DNA of 24,000 bases from the NCBI RefSeq assembly GCF_000725425.1, contig NZ_CP006019.1:1438480-1462479 (forward strand), given 5' to 3'. The position numbers were made by a program, and so were the translations under genes. Shown in pieces: positions 10,236 through 19,034 of this stretch. This DNA comes from Palaeococcus pacificus DY20341. Lineage in GTDB: Archaea > Methanobacteriota_B > Thermococci > Thermococcales > Thermococcaceae. The notes below the pieces were generated by a model. The model made no database searches. It was given only the letters and a program-made list of their open reading frames with translations, and was not told the DNA's origin. Numbering within the stretch: position 1 is the stretch's first letter; the number at the start of each line of letters is the position of its first letter.

Positions 10236-11237
10236 CTAGAGTTCAAACGCCATTGCTTCAATAAGCTTTATTAAAGCCTCCAAGTCCGTTAAATGCAGCA
10301 TCTCAGCCTCGGAGTGGAGGTATCTTATGGGCACGCTTAAAGCCAAGACCTCGCTCTTGTGCTGGAACACTGAAGCGTCCGTTCCTCCTCCTGTAACGCC
10401 GATTTGTATTGGAATTTCATTTTTCTCAGCTATGTCCCATACTTGTCTAGCTAAAGCTCTCGTGTAAATTGCGGAGTTGTCCACCGCCCTTATAACCGCT
10501 CCACCTCCGAGCTTAACATCACCTGTGAGGAAAGAGCAGCAGGCAAAGCTATCAACAGCCACAGCGTACTTTGGATTGTATCTGCTTGCTAAAAATTTAG
10601 CACCTTTAAGTCCAATTTCCTCCTGCACTGTAAAAGCAAAAATAACCTTACCACTTAAATCATGATCAACCAAATCCTTAATTGCCTCAAACAGTGCAAC
10701 GGCTCCAAATCTATCATCGAGGGAGCGCGTTGAGACGAACTTGTTGTTCAGCACGCCAAAGTGCTTCTTGAAGACAGCATAGTCTAAGGGCTTAACTCCG
10801 AGTTCAAGGGCCTCTTCTTTTGACTCTGCTCCGATATCAATCTCCAAAGCGTGCCAGGGGATAGTTTCAAACTTTCTCTGGAGGTTCAGATGGACAGGGG
10901 TTACGCCTATGACACCGTCAAGCTTCCCTCCTTCGGTTATCACATCGACGTGTCTTCCAAGCAAAAGCCTGTCGTCAATGCCCCCAATCTTCCTAAACTT
11001 GAGCTTACCGTCTTTAGTTATGCCCGTAATGAGGAGCCCGATTTCATCTATGTGGGCCATGAACAAAAGCTTTTCTTCGCCTTCGCCGAGCTCCACAATT
11101 AGATTTCCAATCTCATCGACCTTGTAATCCGCAAAAGGCTTAACCCACTCAATAAGCTTTTTTCTAACTTTTTCCTCATATCCCGAGATGCCGGGAATTT
11201 GTGTTATCTCCCTAAGCTCTTCTATCAGACCGCTCAT
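10236..11237 (-). CDS. M42-family metallo-aminopeptidase (TET / FrvX / CelM-like)
   Basis: N-terminal ITQIPGISGYEEKVR, metal-ligand regions MAHIDEIG, DDRFG, TVQEEIGLKGA and GGGTDAS, plus a C-terminal RYLHS. SD GAGGTG lies upstream of ATG 11237. Confidence 0.88.
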   Translation of the reverse strand: MSGLIEELREITQIPGISGYEEKVRKKLIEWVKPFADYKVDEIGNLIVELGEGEEKLLFMAHIDEIGLLITGITKDGKLKFRKIGGIDDRLLLGRHVDVITEGGKLDGVIGVTPVHLNLQRKFETIPWHALEIDIGAESKEEALELGVKPLDYAVFKKHFGVLNNKFVSTRSLDDRFGAVALFEAIKDLVDHDLSGKVIFAFTVQEEIGLKGAKFLASRYNPKYAVAVDSFACCSFLTGDVKLGGGAVIRAVDNSAIYTRALARQVWDIAEKNEIPIQIGVTGGGTDASVFQHKSEVLALSVPIRYLHSEAEMLHLTDLEALIKLIEAMAFEL

Positions 11238-11248
11238 CGTTTACACCT

Positions 11249-12250
11249 CTAAAGCATCTTTACCTCATCTATCCTCTTAATTTTGAAAACTTCCCCATTT
11301 ACTAAATCCTTTGGAATCTCCCCTCTAAAAATCGCGAGGAGGTTTTTAACAGCTTGAAAACCCATATCTTCCATAGCTTCCTCAGACAAGCCTGCATGAT
11401 GAGGAGTTAAAACAGTCTCCCACCCCATTTCAAAGAGTTCGCTCTCCTGGAGGGGTTCCTTTTCGTAAACATCCGTCGCAAAGCCTTTGAGCTTTCCTTC
11501 TTTAAGAGCCTTAATTAAGGCTTTTTCGTCTATCAGTGTCCCTCTTCCAATGTTTATCAAATATTTGCCCTCAAGAAGCTTTAATCTCTCCTCATTGATT
11601 ATGTGATAAGTCTCTTTTGCTGCTGGCAAAGCCAGCACTACTATGTCACTCTCCGTTAACACTTCTTCAAGGGGTAGGTACTTTGCCCCAACTTCTTCCT
11701 CAATATCCTCTTTTCTATGCCTTGACCAGTAGTAGATCTCTGTTCCCAGGGCTTTGGCCCTCTTCGCTATCGCCTTTCCTATGGGACCCATACCCAAAAT
11801 ACCCACTTTTTTACCATAAACTGTCTCGATGTCCTTAAATTTGCTCCAAACTGTCCTATGGGACTCCCACTTTCCTAAGCGAATGAATTTATCGGTATAA
11901 GCTATCTTTCTGAGGAGAGCAATCATTAGTCCAATCGCAAACTCTGCAACCGCTTCGCTTAAAACGCCGCTCACTTTTGTTACATAAATCCCCTTCTTTG
12001 TCGCTGCTTCGACGTCTATGTGATCGTAGCCAGCTGAATGAGTGCTTATGACTTTTAACCGCTCGGCTTTTTCAATAACCTCTCCATCAATTCTATTGAG
12101 TGGAGAAACGATTAAAGCATCATACTTAGCAATAACTTTTAGGAGCTCTTCTTTGCTCGGATAGACAAGAAGATCAACATCGCAATATTTTTTAAGCTCC
12201 TCTAAAGGCTTACTCTTCATTTTAAACAAAACTAAAACCTTTGGCCTCAT
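11249..12250 (-). CDS. D-isomer-specific 2-hydroxyacid dehydrogenase (glyoxylate/hydroxypyruvate reductase-like)
   Basis: NAD-binding GILGMGPIG, catalytic-region motifs NIGRGTLID and LTPHHAG, and overall GyaR-like architecture. The ORF-track start (12313) overlaps the Nudix gene. ATG 12250 (MRPKVLVL) is preceded by the SD GGTGGT and is preferred. Confidence 0.88.
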   Translation of the reverse strand: MRPKVLVLFKMKSKPLEELKKYCDVDLLVYPSKEELLKVIAKYDALIVSPLNRIDGEVIEKAERLKVISTHSAGYDHIDVEAATKKGIYVTKVSGVLSEAVAEFAIGLMIALLRKIAYTDKFIRLGKWESHRTVWSKFKDIETVYGKKVGILGMGPIGKAIAKRAKALGTEIYYWSRHRKEDIEEEVGAKYLPLEEVLTESDIVVLALPAAKETYHIINEERLKLLEGKYLINIGRGTLIDEKALIKALKEGKLKGFATDVYEKEPLQESELFEMGWETVLTPHHAGLSEEAMEDMGFQAVKNLLAIFRGEIPKDLVNGEVFKIKRIDEVKML

Positions 12251-12269
12251 GCAACCACCATTAAAATTT

Positions 12270-12821
12270 TTATCGAAGCGAACTAATAAGCTTTTTGGCA
12301 TTGTTCTCTTCAAGAAGTTTTAGAGCATCGTTTATTATCTCTGCATGATCAAAGGCCAAGGGAATTTCTTTAAGCTCCTGAAAAGTGAAGACCCTAGCTT
12401 CTTTTGCATCGTCACCGCCTTTTAGCTCTCCTCTTCCCACCGCTAAAAAAGCGGTTGTAACAGTATGTCCTCTTGGATCCCTATGTGGGTCGCTGTATAC
12501 TCCCACTAGTCCGAGAAGCTCAACATTAAGTCCGGTTTCCTCTTTCGCTTCTCTCACAGCTGCATCTTCCACGCGTTCACCATACTCCACAAATCCGCCA
12601 GGCAAAGCCCAATGATCTTTATATGGATAGTTTCTGCGCTTTATAAGCACAATACCCCCATTGTATACTATTACCAAATCTACCGTTAGTCCGATGCATT
12701 TGTGAGCCGTAATTTCGACTTCGTCTCCAAAATGTTCCTCCACAAAAGCTCTAACCTCTCTACTAATCTCTTCAATATCGTATCCTTTGGGAACTTTCAC
12801 CAAGAAGGTGTAGCGCTCCAT
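12270..12821 (-). CDS. Nudix hydrolase (ADP-ribose pyrophosphatase-like) with about 43-aa N-terminal extension
   Basis: Complete Nudix box GGFVEYGERVEDAAVREAKEETGL (Gx5Ex7REUxEExGU). SD GGTGAT lies upstream of ATG 12821. Confidence 0.88.
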   Translation of the reverse strand: MERYTFLVKVPKGYDIEEISREVRAFVEEHFGDEVEITAHKCIGLTVDLVIVYNGGIVLIKRRNYPYKDHWALPGGFVEYGERVEDAAVREAKEETGLNVELLGLVGVYSDPHRDPRGHTVTTAFLAVGRGELKGGDDAKEARVFTFQELKEIPLAFDHAEIINDALKLLEENNAKKLISSLR

Positions 12822-12851
12822 ACAATCACCAATCGAATTTTTTTGCTAAAG

Positions 12852-12867
12852 TTTAAAAGCTTTTAAA
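12852..12867. promoter_or_regulatory. Bidirectional promoter core: perfect 16-bp palindrome made of two back-to-back TATA boxes
   Basis: TTTAAAAGCTTTTAAA is its own reverse complement. It reads TTTTAAA toward each divergent gene, about 25-35 nt from ATG 12821 (minus) and ATG 12891 (plus). Confidence 0.6.
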
Positions 12868-12890
12868 GGGATTTAACATTTGGTGAGAGT

Positions 12891-13619
12891 ATGCCCACAT
12901 TTGTTCCATTTGGAGAGAAGCCCAACAAAGAAGGAGTGCTTTACGTCCTGAACCTCCTCAAAAAGAACAATTTGTTAGACAGTTACATAATTGTTGAATC
13001 AAATAATGTCGAGCTTTTGCCAAATACTCTGCCCAAGGATAAAACATACATCGTGGGAGAGCACCTAGCAACTTATGGAATTATAAAGAAGCTCAGACCT
13101 GCGGCTCTAATAAGCATAGATTCTCATACGGATTTGATGCATGATTACCTTGATCATGGTTCATGGCTGGCTTTTTCTCTCGAAGAGAAGATTGTTAATA
13201 GAGCTGTGGTTATAGGAGCAACGTTGATGATTCCTTCTACTCCAAGAACTCAGCTCTGGGATAGGAGAGTGAAAATTTTCCCAGCTCTAAATCGGAGCAG
13301 AAAAACGAGCAAAGGATGGAAAGGTTATGTAAACCTTCAAACCCACGGAGTCGAGAGAGTGATCAAGGAAACTAAGAAATATTTAGGTAATGAGGTATAT
13401 TTAACCGTTGATTTAGATGTCTTAAGGCCAGAATACAAGATAGCGCGCTTTCAGCATGGCGAACTCACTTTGGAAGAACTTTTAGAGGTGCTGAGAGCCA
13501 TAAAAGAAAATTTTGAGATTGTGGCGTTTGACATAGCGGAAATCTCAGACAGGATAAAGAGGTCTCGGTTAGGGAAGAAGGCATTCCTTGAGGTTTACAG
13601 AACTCTTACGGAGGAGTGA
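12891..13619 (+). CDS. Compact arginase/agmatinase-fold (ureohydrolase superfamily) metalloenzyme, specificity unknown
   Basis: All family motifs are present in order: VGEHL (GGDHS equivalent, H58), IDSHTD (DxHxD: D77, H79, D81), TVDLDVLRPE (SxDxD: D174, D176) and FDIAEIS. At 242 aa it is shorter than typical family members. Confidence 0.75.
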   Translation: MPTFVPFGEKPNKEGVLYVLNLLKKNNLLDSYIIVESNNVELLPNTLPKDKTYIVGEHLATYGIIKKLRPAALISIDSHTDLMHDYLDHGSWLAFSLEEKIVNRAVVIGATLMIPSTPRTQLWDRRVKIFPALNRSRKTSKGWKGYVNLQTHGVERVIKETKKYLGNEVYLTVDLDVLRPEYKIARFQHGELTLEELLEVLRAIKENFEIVAFDIAEISDRIKRSRLGKKAFLEVYRTLTEE

Positions 13620-13936
13620 TGATGGCACTCACCAATGAGGAGATTAGAAAAGTAATAACCCCACTACTCCTCTCAGGAGCTAAGATGCTTGATAAGCACT
13701 GTCCTAAATGCGGTGCTCCAATGTTTGAGAAAGATGGTCGAGTTTTTTGTCCTCTCTGTGAGTATAGGGAGCAAAAGAAAAGGCAGGAAATGAAGGGTAT
13801 AGAGGATATTTTAATGAAAAAGATTAGATATTTAGTAAACAATCTTCCGGAGGACTTAGAAGAGCTAGAAAGATACCTCGATATTATAGAAAAGTTAATT
13901 AGGATTCTCGAACATTATAAAAAATTGGAGGGGTAG
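13619..13936 (+). CDS. Zinc-ribbon protein of the SSSCA1 / autoantigen-p27 (UPF0148) family
   Basis: LLLSGAKMLDKHCPKCGAPMFEKDGRVFCPLCEY is the signature Cys4 ribbon of this family. The start is ambiguous (GTG 13616, ATG 13619 or ATG 13622) but directly abuts or overlaps the upstream stop (13617-13619), after the SD GGAGGAG. Confidence 0.75.
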   Translation: MMALTNEEIRKVITPLLLSGAKMLDKHCPKCGAPMFEKDGRVFCPLCEYREQKKRQEMKGIEDILMKKIRYLVNNLPEDLEELERYLDIIEKLIRILEHYKKLEG

Positions 13937-13938
13937 GG

Positions 13939-14160
13939 ATGAAGCATTTGAAAATTTTGGAAGCCTTAAATGAAAAGAATGAGCTCACAGTAGAGGAAAT
14001 TGCAAAAGAGAGCAACTTAAATTTGGCCGAGACCAAAAAACTGCTGATGAGATTATCTGAGCAGGGTAAGGTCGAGAGCTTTGAGAAGGAAGGCAAAATC
14101 TATTGGAAGATTAAAGAGGTTAGTGAAGAAGAGAAAAAACTCAAAAAAGAGTTTTATTAG
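13939..14160 (+). CDS. Small winged-helix DNA-binding protein (73 aa)
   Basis: LKILEALNEKNELTVEEIAKESNLNLAETKKLLMRLSEQGKVESFEKEGKIYWKI shows an HTH plus wing pattern. ATG is 2 nt after the upstream stop, preceded by GGAGGGGTAGGG. T-tracts follow the stop. Confidence 0.65.
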   Translation: MKHLKILEALNEKNELTVEEIAKESNLNLAETKKLLMRLSEQGKVESFEKEGKIYWKIKEVSEEEKKLKKEFY

Positions 14161-14201
14161 TTTCATTTTGTGTTTTTAATTTTAATAAAAGAGAAAAAAG
14201 A

Positions 14202-14996
14202 TCACGCTTTCTTAGCCTTCTCCCAGTATTCGTTGAATTTGCCCTTGAACAGCTTAACAACCCTGTGGTCCTTAATCCAAATTTGGGTCTCATAGTTGAA
14301 GTATCTAGCTGCTAAGTCCTCGAGGGCAAAGAACACTTCTTCGTCGCAGATGAGCATTGGGAGTTCCATCTTATCAACGGCCTTGAGCTCAATTTTGCCT
14401 TCTCTATAGAGTGCCATCAACTTGCTTGTTTGTAACCTCTGTAGAACGGCATTTGTAACGACTATCTTCAGGCTAACCCCATTTTCGACGGCCTTAACAA
14501 GATCGTTCTCCAAGTTGATTGCTATAAATCCATCATCAGCCAACAGGATTTCTTTTTCAACAGCCTCAAGCATTTCCTTGGTCTTTAGGGTTGAGTTTCT
14601 AATGCCCCTAACTACCCAAACCCTCTCAACGCCATACTTTGGAATCTCTGTCTCAATGAGTGGTGTCATGAGCTCAATAAGCTCTTCTTTGGCCTTTCTC
14701 TTAGCCTCAAGCTCATCTTTAATGCGTTCTTGCCACTCTTCGATAAACTTCTCGAGAATGTTTGTTGGGTGAACTGGCCTGTATTTGTTGACCTTTCCGG
14801 GCTGGCTTATGGCGAAGCCTTTCTTTTCCAAACTCCTTAGAACGTCGTATGTTCTTGGAGCTGGAACCTCAGAAACGCTTGCTAGCTCAGCAGGGGTCAA
14901 AACACCAAAGGCCACCAATGCAACGTATGCTCTGGCTTCGTATAAGTTTAGTTCAAAATGTTCTTGTAAAAGTTCTACCATTCTATCTTTTGCCAT
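14202..14996 (-). CDS. trmBL2: TrmB-family regulator, TrmBL2-like (chromatin-associated, lacks sugar-binding domain)
   Basis: N-terminal DRMVELLQEHFELNLYEARAYVALVAFGVLTPAELASVSEVPAPRTYDVLRSLEKKGFA is the TrmB wHTH. The roughly 264-aa size and the position next to rgy match TrmBL2 as I recall it from P. furiosus and T. kodakarensis. The track start is a GTG inside the SD GGTGGTGG, so ATG 14996 (MAKDRM) is preferred. Confidence 0.85.
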   Translation of the reverse strand: MAKDRMVELLQEHFELNLYEARAYVALVAFGVLTPAELASVSEVPAPRTYDVLRSLEKKGFAISQPGKVNKYRPVHPTNILEKFIEEWQERIKDELEAKRKAKEELIELMTPLIETEIPKYGVERVWVVRGIRNSTLKTKEMLEAVEKEILLADDGFIAINLENDLVKAVENGVSLKIVVTNAVLQRLQTSKLMALYREGKIELKAVDKMELPMLICDEEVFFALEDLAARYFNYETQIWIKDHRVVKLFKGKFNEYWEKAKKA

Positions 14997-15039
14997 TTTT
15001 ACCACCACCAAATTTCTGTCAATATTTCAGGCAAAGTAA

Positions 15040-15048
15040 TATATAAAA
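15040..15048 (-). promoter_or_regulatory. TATA box (with purine-rich BRE-like AGAAAC) of trmBL2
   Basis: Minus-strand GAAAC-TTTTATATA lies about 45-50 nt upstream of ATG 14996. Confidence 0.5.
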
Positions 15049-15134
15049 GTTTCTACACCTCTGGTAGTTGCTGAAGTTATTCAACACCCGGAGTTTTACA
15101 TAACTAAACCAAGTTTGAGGCTATGTGCACTGTC

Positions 15135-15160
15135 ATGCAATAGTATTACTATTATGCAAT
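15135..15160. repeat. Palindrome AATAGTA-T-TACTATT flanked by direct ATGCAAT repeats
   Basis: 15139-15145 is the reverse complement of 15147-15153. ATGCAAT occurs at 15135-15141 and 15154-15160. The element lies in the untranslated block between the rgy stop and the trmBL2 promoter. Confidence 0.7.
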
Positions 15161-15271
15161 TTAAGCTTTATGGTGCGTTATCTCAAACTCCCCTAGTGAA
15201 AACATAAATTACTATTATAAAACAAAGGATAAAAAGAACTTCAATAAATGCACTTTTGCCTGTATCTTTTA

Positions 15272-18200
15272 TCACAAAACGTAACGTCTGAGTTCATTGT
15301 ACATTTCACTTAATGCCTCTTGGTAGTTTACCTCTCCATGTTCAATCCTGTCCATCACTGCCTCAAGCTCTCTCGTTTTTTCTTCGTTGACCAACTCCCG
15401 ATACTTGCTTAGGAGATAGTGGTACACCTTAATTCCCTGCTCCGTTGGGACAAGCCTCTTTTTACCCTTTGTTTCGATAACGTAGTACCTCGACAGCAGG
15501 GTCTGCACTATCTTGGCGTATGTTGAGGGCCTTCCAATCTTGCGCTCTTTCATCATTGCTATGATGTCTCCTTGAGTATAGAGCTGGACTTTAGGAGATC
15601 TCCACTTTTTGACCTCTTTCACTTTGAGTTTTTCTCCTTTTTCAAGCTTTGGAATCTTCCACATTGGAAGAGGCTTTATTTTGCTCCAGCCGTCGTGGAT
15701 AACCTCAACGTAGCCTTCAACATTTGACTTTCCAATGACAGCATCTATAACAGCTTTTTCATAGAGAACTTTCGCAGGCTTCATTTGGCTTGCCATGAAG
15801 CGCCTAAATATCAAATCGTACAGCCTGAAGTGATTTCTCGTGAGCGGCTTCGCGAGCATTATGATGCCATCTTTTACAAGCTGAATTAAACGCCCAGTAT
15901 CTATCGGTCTTGTGGGTCTAATACACTCATGGGTTCCCTCTTCACCCCAAGAACGCGGTTTAAAGTAGTCCTCTCCAATTTCCTCGCTTATATACTCCTT
16001 TGCTATGCCAATCCCAGCACTGCTCACATGGGTTGAATCTGTTCTCATATAAGTGATTAAACCCAATTCGAAGAGGTCTTGTGCCAATTTCATCGTTTGA
16101 GGTGCCGAAAACTTTAGAAAGCGTGAAGCATCTTGGAGCATAGTATCAGTAGTGTATGGTGGATAGGGGTTGACTTCCCTCTCCTCAAGTTCTACTTCTT
16201 CAACAACTACTTCCTCAACGCCCTCCTTAACGCCTTCTAAGAGAACATTTAGGTCGTTCTCCAATATTAATGCCACAAAGTCCGTTTTACTCTCATTGAA
16301 CTCCTTGTACCTCTGAATTATCCATCCCAAAACTGGAGTTTGAACCCTACCTGCGGAGAGGTTGTGGTTCTCAAAGACCTCTTGGAGCTTCTTGCTGAGC
16401 TCAAAGCCTATCCATCTATCCTCTATGCGCCTAACAAGCTGGGCATTTACCCTAAACTCGTTCACATCCCTCGCGTTCTCTATGGCCTTTAAAATGGCCG
16501 GCCTCGTAACTTCGTGGAACTCTATCCTCTTGATGTTTGGCGTGTAAGGAGAGAGGACGTTTCTAATATCCCACGCTATTTTTTCTCCTTCCACATCCGG
16601 GTCTGTACCTATCAAGACCTCGTCGACCTCTTGGGCTATCTCACGCATTGCTTTAACGTTTGTCAGTGCGTCTCTAACATTTTTAGAGCCGCATCTTGGG
16701 CAAACTCCCCTTTCCTCCCAATCAACGAACTGGTGCCCACAGTCTCTGCAGCGCTTGATTGTGTCATAAATTGGAATGAAGAATAATTTTCCATTACATT
16801 CTTTCACTTCAACTCCATGATACCCTTCAATCGTCGTTAAGTCAAACATGTGCCCTCCACTTGCTAAAATCGTGAGCATTCTATCTCCTATGCTTATCTC
16901 ATAAGCCACTAAGTCACCAATTCTTCTCTTGCTCGGCTGTCCGAAGAAGTTCGCTATCGTACGTGCTTTGTTTGGTGATTCTACAATCATTAATGCAGAT
17001 TTAACTAAATCCGGCGTTTCTTGTGCAAACCTACCTTCAATAACACCTTTAACTTTCTCCCTATCTTGGTCGATTTTCTCAAGTATTTCGTCCAAGTTCA
17101 CCTGTTCTAAAGCCTTCCACTCAAACTCGGGGAAGCGCCACCTCAGCTGGCGTTTCATTCCGTTGAAAACTTTCACATTGTCCACAATCGTTAAAGCCAA
17201 ACCCTTTGTTATTCCTCCCGCAAACAGACGTGAAGTTCTTCCGCTTGCTTGGAGGTATGTTTTAACATCAGGGATTTCAATGTAGAGCTTCTCTCCTTCT
17301 TTTTTCAAACTAATAAATGGGTCTTCTTCGATCCTTCTAATAACGTCCTCCTTTTTGAGAACTTTTCTCAAAAACTCCACCGCTTGCTTAAAGACATCCA
17401 AAACATGATTGGGGTATCCTTCTAAGGGCAGACCCTCTGCCAGAGCTTCTTCTATCTTGAGTATCTCATATTGGGGCACTGTTTGAATTAGGCGCCTAAG
17501 CCTCGCATGGATCTTCTCTCCCTCACGCCTATCCTCATCATCTAAAAATTCAAATATCTCACTCATTAAACCGAGGACGCGGTATATTGTAGGCTGCTCC
17601 AAATCCATGCTGAACTTAAACTTTGGAAGGCCGGTGAAAATAGCATACCTTATGATGTGCGGCAGATCAAGTCCTCTAACTATCGAACCATAATAACTAG
17701 CCATTCCTACGAGTATATCCACTTCTCCCTGCTCAAACTTTTCCAGACCTTTTTTATTTCTCGCTGAGATTAGCTCAACGTTAAAGCCTTTCTCTTTGAG
17801 CTTTAAAGTAAGCTCTTCAGCAAAAGCTATGCCCTGGTCAATGGGAACAAATATAAGACCACCATTTCCTAGCTTTGGCAAAAGCTCCTCTAGGTGTTCT
17901 TCAACACTCTTTGAGGGTAATAAATAAACGTCTTCAACGTTTCTCAGCACACTTCTACCACTCCCAACTTCAAAGCCTAAAAGTTCTCTATAGAGCTTAA
18001 TCCTGTCTCCCCTTCCCCTACCAGTGGCAGAAGCTATGATGATTGATCCTATGCCTGTCTTCTTAATGAACTCCCCTATTTCTTTTTCGCGCTTTGCAAT
18101 CTCTTCATTGATCCTCTTAAGCTCCTCTTGCTTTTCTTCACTTTGCCGTCCTCCAAGGAGCTTTCCTATTTGCCTCCTAAGCCTTATGAGCTCCCAAGCC

Positions 18201-18919
18201 TTGTTTATAGCTTCTTCCGTAAATCCTAAGAGATAGAGGGAGCGGTCTATGTTCTTAGAAGCCTTTAGAAAAGCATCAACATCATCAACGAAAATAAAGT
18301 CGAACTTCTTACTTTGGAGCATCTCGAATTTTCTCGCCAAAAACTGGGCAGAAGTTATGAGTATATCAAACTCCCCTTTTTCAATCTTCTCTTTCATGGA
18401 TTCCTTTTCCTTTTTCTTAAGTTCACTGTGATAGTAAGCTAAGTCCACATCAATTCCAGCGTTTTTAGCAAAAGCCTGCACTTTTTTTATTGTTTGCTTT
18501 ACGAGAGGAGTAGTAGGGAGGACGATATAGCTCTTTTTGCCTTTTGATGCATAGTAAACCGCCATGAACGATCCAAAAACACTCTTTCCCATTCCAGTAG
18601 GAGCTATGATAGAAAAGCTCTTTCCTTTTATTAAACGCCTCACCCACGCCTTTTGAGCGCTCCAGAAGTTATAACCCGTGGCTTTTTTAAAAAGCTCTTC
18701 AACGTTTCTAAGCTCGCTTTCCACTTGATAAAGTCTCTCCCACTCTTTCAGAGTTCCTTTTAATTTTAATCCCTCTCGAATTCCCATTAACAGCTGAAAA
18801 TAAGTATCAGTTTTGAGTTTCTCATCCAAACAGTTCTCGCAGGGGTGTTTAATAACTAAGCGCTCATCACTTATTCTCCCTTCGCAGTTGGGGCACATTT
18901 CTCTATAAACGGCCTTCAT
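15272..18919 (-). CDS. rgy: Reverse gyrase (helicase-like domain fused to type IA topoisomerase)
   Basis: N-terminal zinc finger CPNCEGR…CENC. Helicase motifs APTGMGKS and FVDDVD. TOPRIM motifs ESPNKA and DPDVEGE. Second zinc ribbon CRDCGH…CPRCG. Topoisomerase IA active-site region ITYMRTDS. No intein. The track start is a GTG inside the SD GGGTGAG, so ATG 18919 (MKAVYRE) is preferred. Confidence 0.95.
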   Translation of the reverse strand: MKAVYREMCPNCEGRISDERLVIKHPCENCLDEKLKTDTYFQLLMGIREGLKLKGTLKEWERLYQVESELRNVEELFKKATGYNFWSAQKAWVRRLIKGKSFSIIAPTGMGKSVFGSFMAVYYASKGKKSYIVLPTTPLVKQTIKKVQAFAKNAGIDVDLAYYHSELKKKEKESMKEKIEKGEFDILITSAQFLARKFEMLQSKKFDFIFVDDVDAFLKASKNIDRSLYLLGFTEEAINKAWELIRLRRQIGKLLGGRQSEEKQEELKRINEEIAKREKEIGEFIKKTGIGSIIIASATGRGRGDRIKLYRELLGFEVGSGRSVLRNVEDVYLLPSKSVEEHLEELLPKLGNGGLIFVPIDQGIAFAEELTLKLKEKGFNVELISARNKKGLEKFEQGEVDILVGMASYYGSIVRGLDLPHIIRYAIFTGLPKFKFSMDLEQPTIYRVLGLMSEIFEFLDDEDRREGEKIHARLRRLIQTVPQYEILKIEEALAEGLPLEGYPNHVLDVFKQAVEFLRKVLKKEDVIRRIEEDPFISLKKEGEKLYIEIPDVKTYLQASGRTSRLFAGGITKGLALTIVDNVKVFNGMKRQLRWRFPEFEWKALEQVNLDEILEKIDQDREKVKGVIEGRFAQETPDLVKSALMIVESPNKARTIANFFGQPSKRRIGDLVAYEISIGDRMLTILASGGHMFDLTTIEGYHGVEVKECNGKLFFIPIYDTIKRCRDCGHQFVDWEERGVCPRCGSKNVRDALTNVKAMREIAQEVDEVLIGTDPDVEGEKIAWDIRNVLSPYTPNIKRIEFHEVTRPAILKAIENARDVNEFRVNAQLVRRIEDRWIGFELSKKLQEVFENHNLSAGRVQTPVLGWIIQRYKEFNESKTDFVALILENDLNVLLEGVKEGVEEVVVEEVELEEREVNPYPPYTTDTMLQDASRFLKFSAPQTMKLAQDLFELGLITYMRTDSTHVSSAGIGIAKEYISEEIGEDYFKPRSWGEEGTHECIRPTRPIDTGRLIQLVKDGIIMLAKPLTRNHFRLYDLIFRRFMASQMKPAKVLYEKAVIDAVIGKSNVEGYVEVIHDGWSKIKPLPMWKIPKLEKGEKLKVKEVKKWRSPKVQLYTQGDIIAMMKERKIGRPSTYAKIVQTLLSRYYVIETKGKKRLVPTEQGIKVYHYLLSKYRELVNEEKTRELEAVMDRIEHGEVNYQEALSEMYNELRRYVL

Positions 18920-18958
18920 TTTTCTCACCCGCCAATTTTTAGTTAAGCCTTTTTTGTC

Positions 18959-18967
18959 TTTATAAAT
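18959..18967 (-). promoter_or_regulatory. TATA box of rgy
   Basis: Minus-strand ATTTATAAA lies about 40-48 nt upstream of ATG 18919. Confidence 0.5.
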
Positions 18968-18996
18968 CCTACTTGAACAGGGACTTCCAAAAAAGC

Positions 18997-19003
18997 TTTT
19001 AAA
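18997..19003 (+). promoter_or_regulatory. TATA box of the divergent membrane-protein gene
   Basis: CTTTTAAAC lies 32-38 nt upstream of ATG 19035. Confidence 0.45.
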
Positions 19004-19034
19004 CTTAGATATTTTACTAATTGTGGTGGTGTTG

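Noticed and set aside
12251-12313. 5' extensions in the ORF track. Examples are the GyaR-like ORF starting at 12313 and overlapping the Nudix gene, plus 3646, 1681, 15011, 18928, 20872, 20895 and 21807.
   Set aside because: In most of these cases the extra codons begin at a GTG/TTG or ATG lying inside or upstream of a strong SD (GGTGAT, GAGGTG, GGTGGTGG), which is itself followed by an ATG at proper spacing. For 20872 (EamA) there is no SD; the reason there is that the extension would start upstream of the TATA box at 20842-20849. The trimmed starts also remove gene overlaps.
15012-15271. C/D-box or H/ACA sRNA in this and the other larger intergenic regions (3647-3751, 6572-6925, 7685-7835).
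   Set aside because: I found no RUGAUGA…CUGA box pair with appropriate spacing on either strand. The nearest candidates (AATGATAC on the minus strand at about 6800-6808; CTGA at 15071) lack partners. A proper covariance scan is still needed.
15262-15280. TATCAC half of the Thermococcales glycolytic motif (TATCAC-N5-GTGATA) at the rgy stop codon.
   Set aside because: There is no GTGATA partner at the required spacing, so a lone hexamer is expected by chance. Other TATCAC and GTGATA occurrences (for example at about 10923, 7675 and 8108) are also unpaired and lie inside genes.
18465-18647. 60-aa same-strand alternate-frame ORF inside reverse gyrase.
   Set aside because: It is embedded in the helicase domain coding frame, which carries conserved motifs (APTGMGKS lies in this stretch). 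It has no independent signals.
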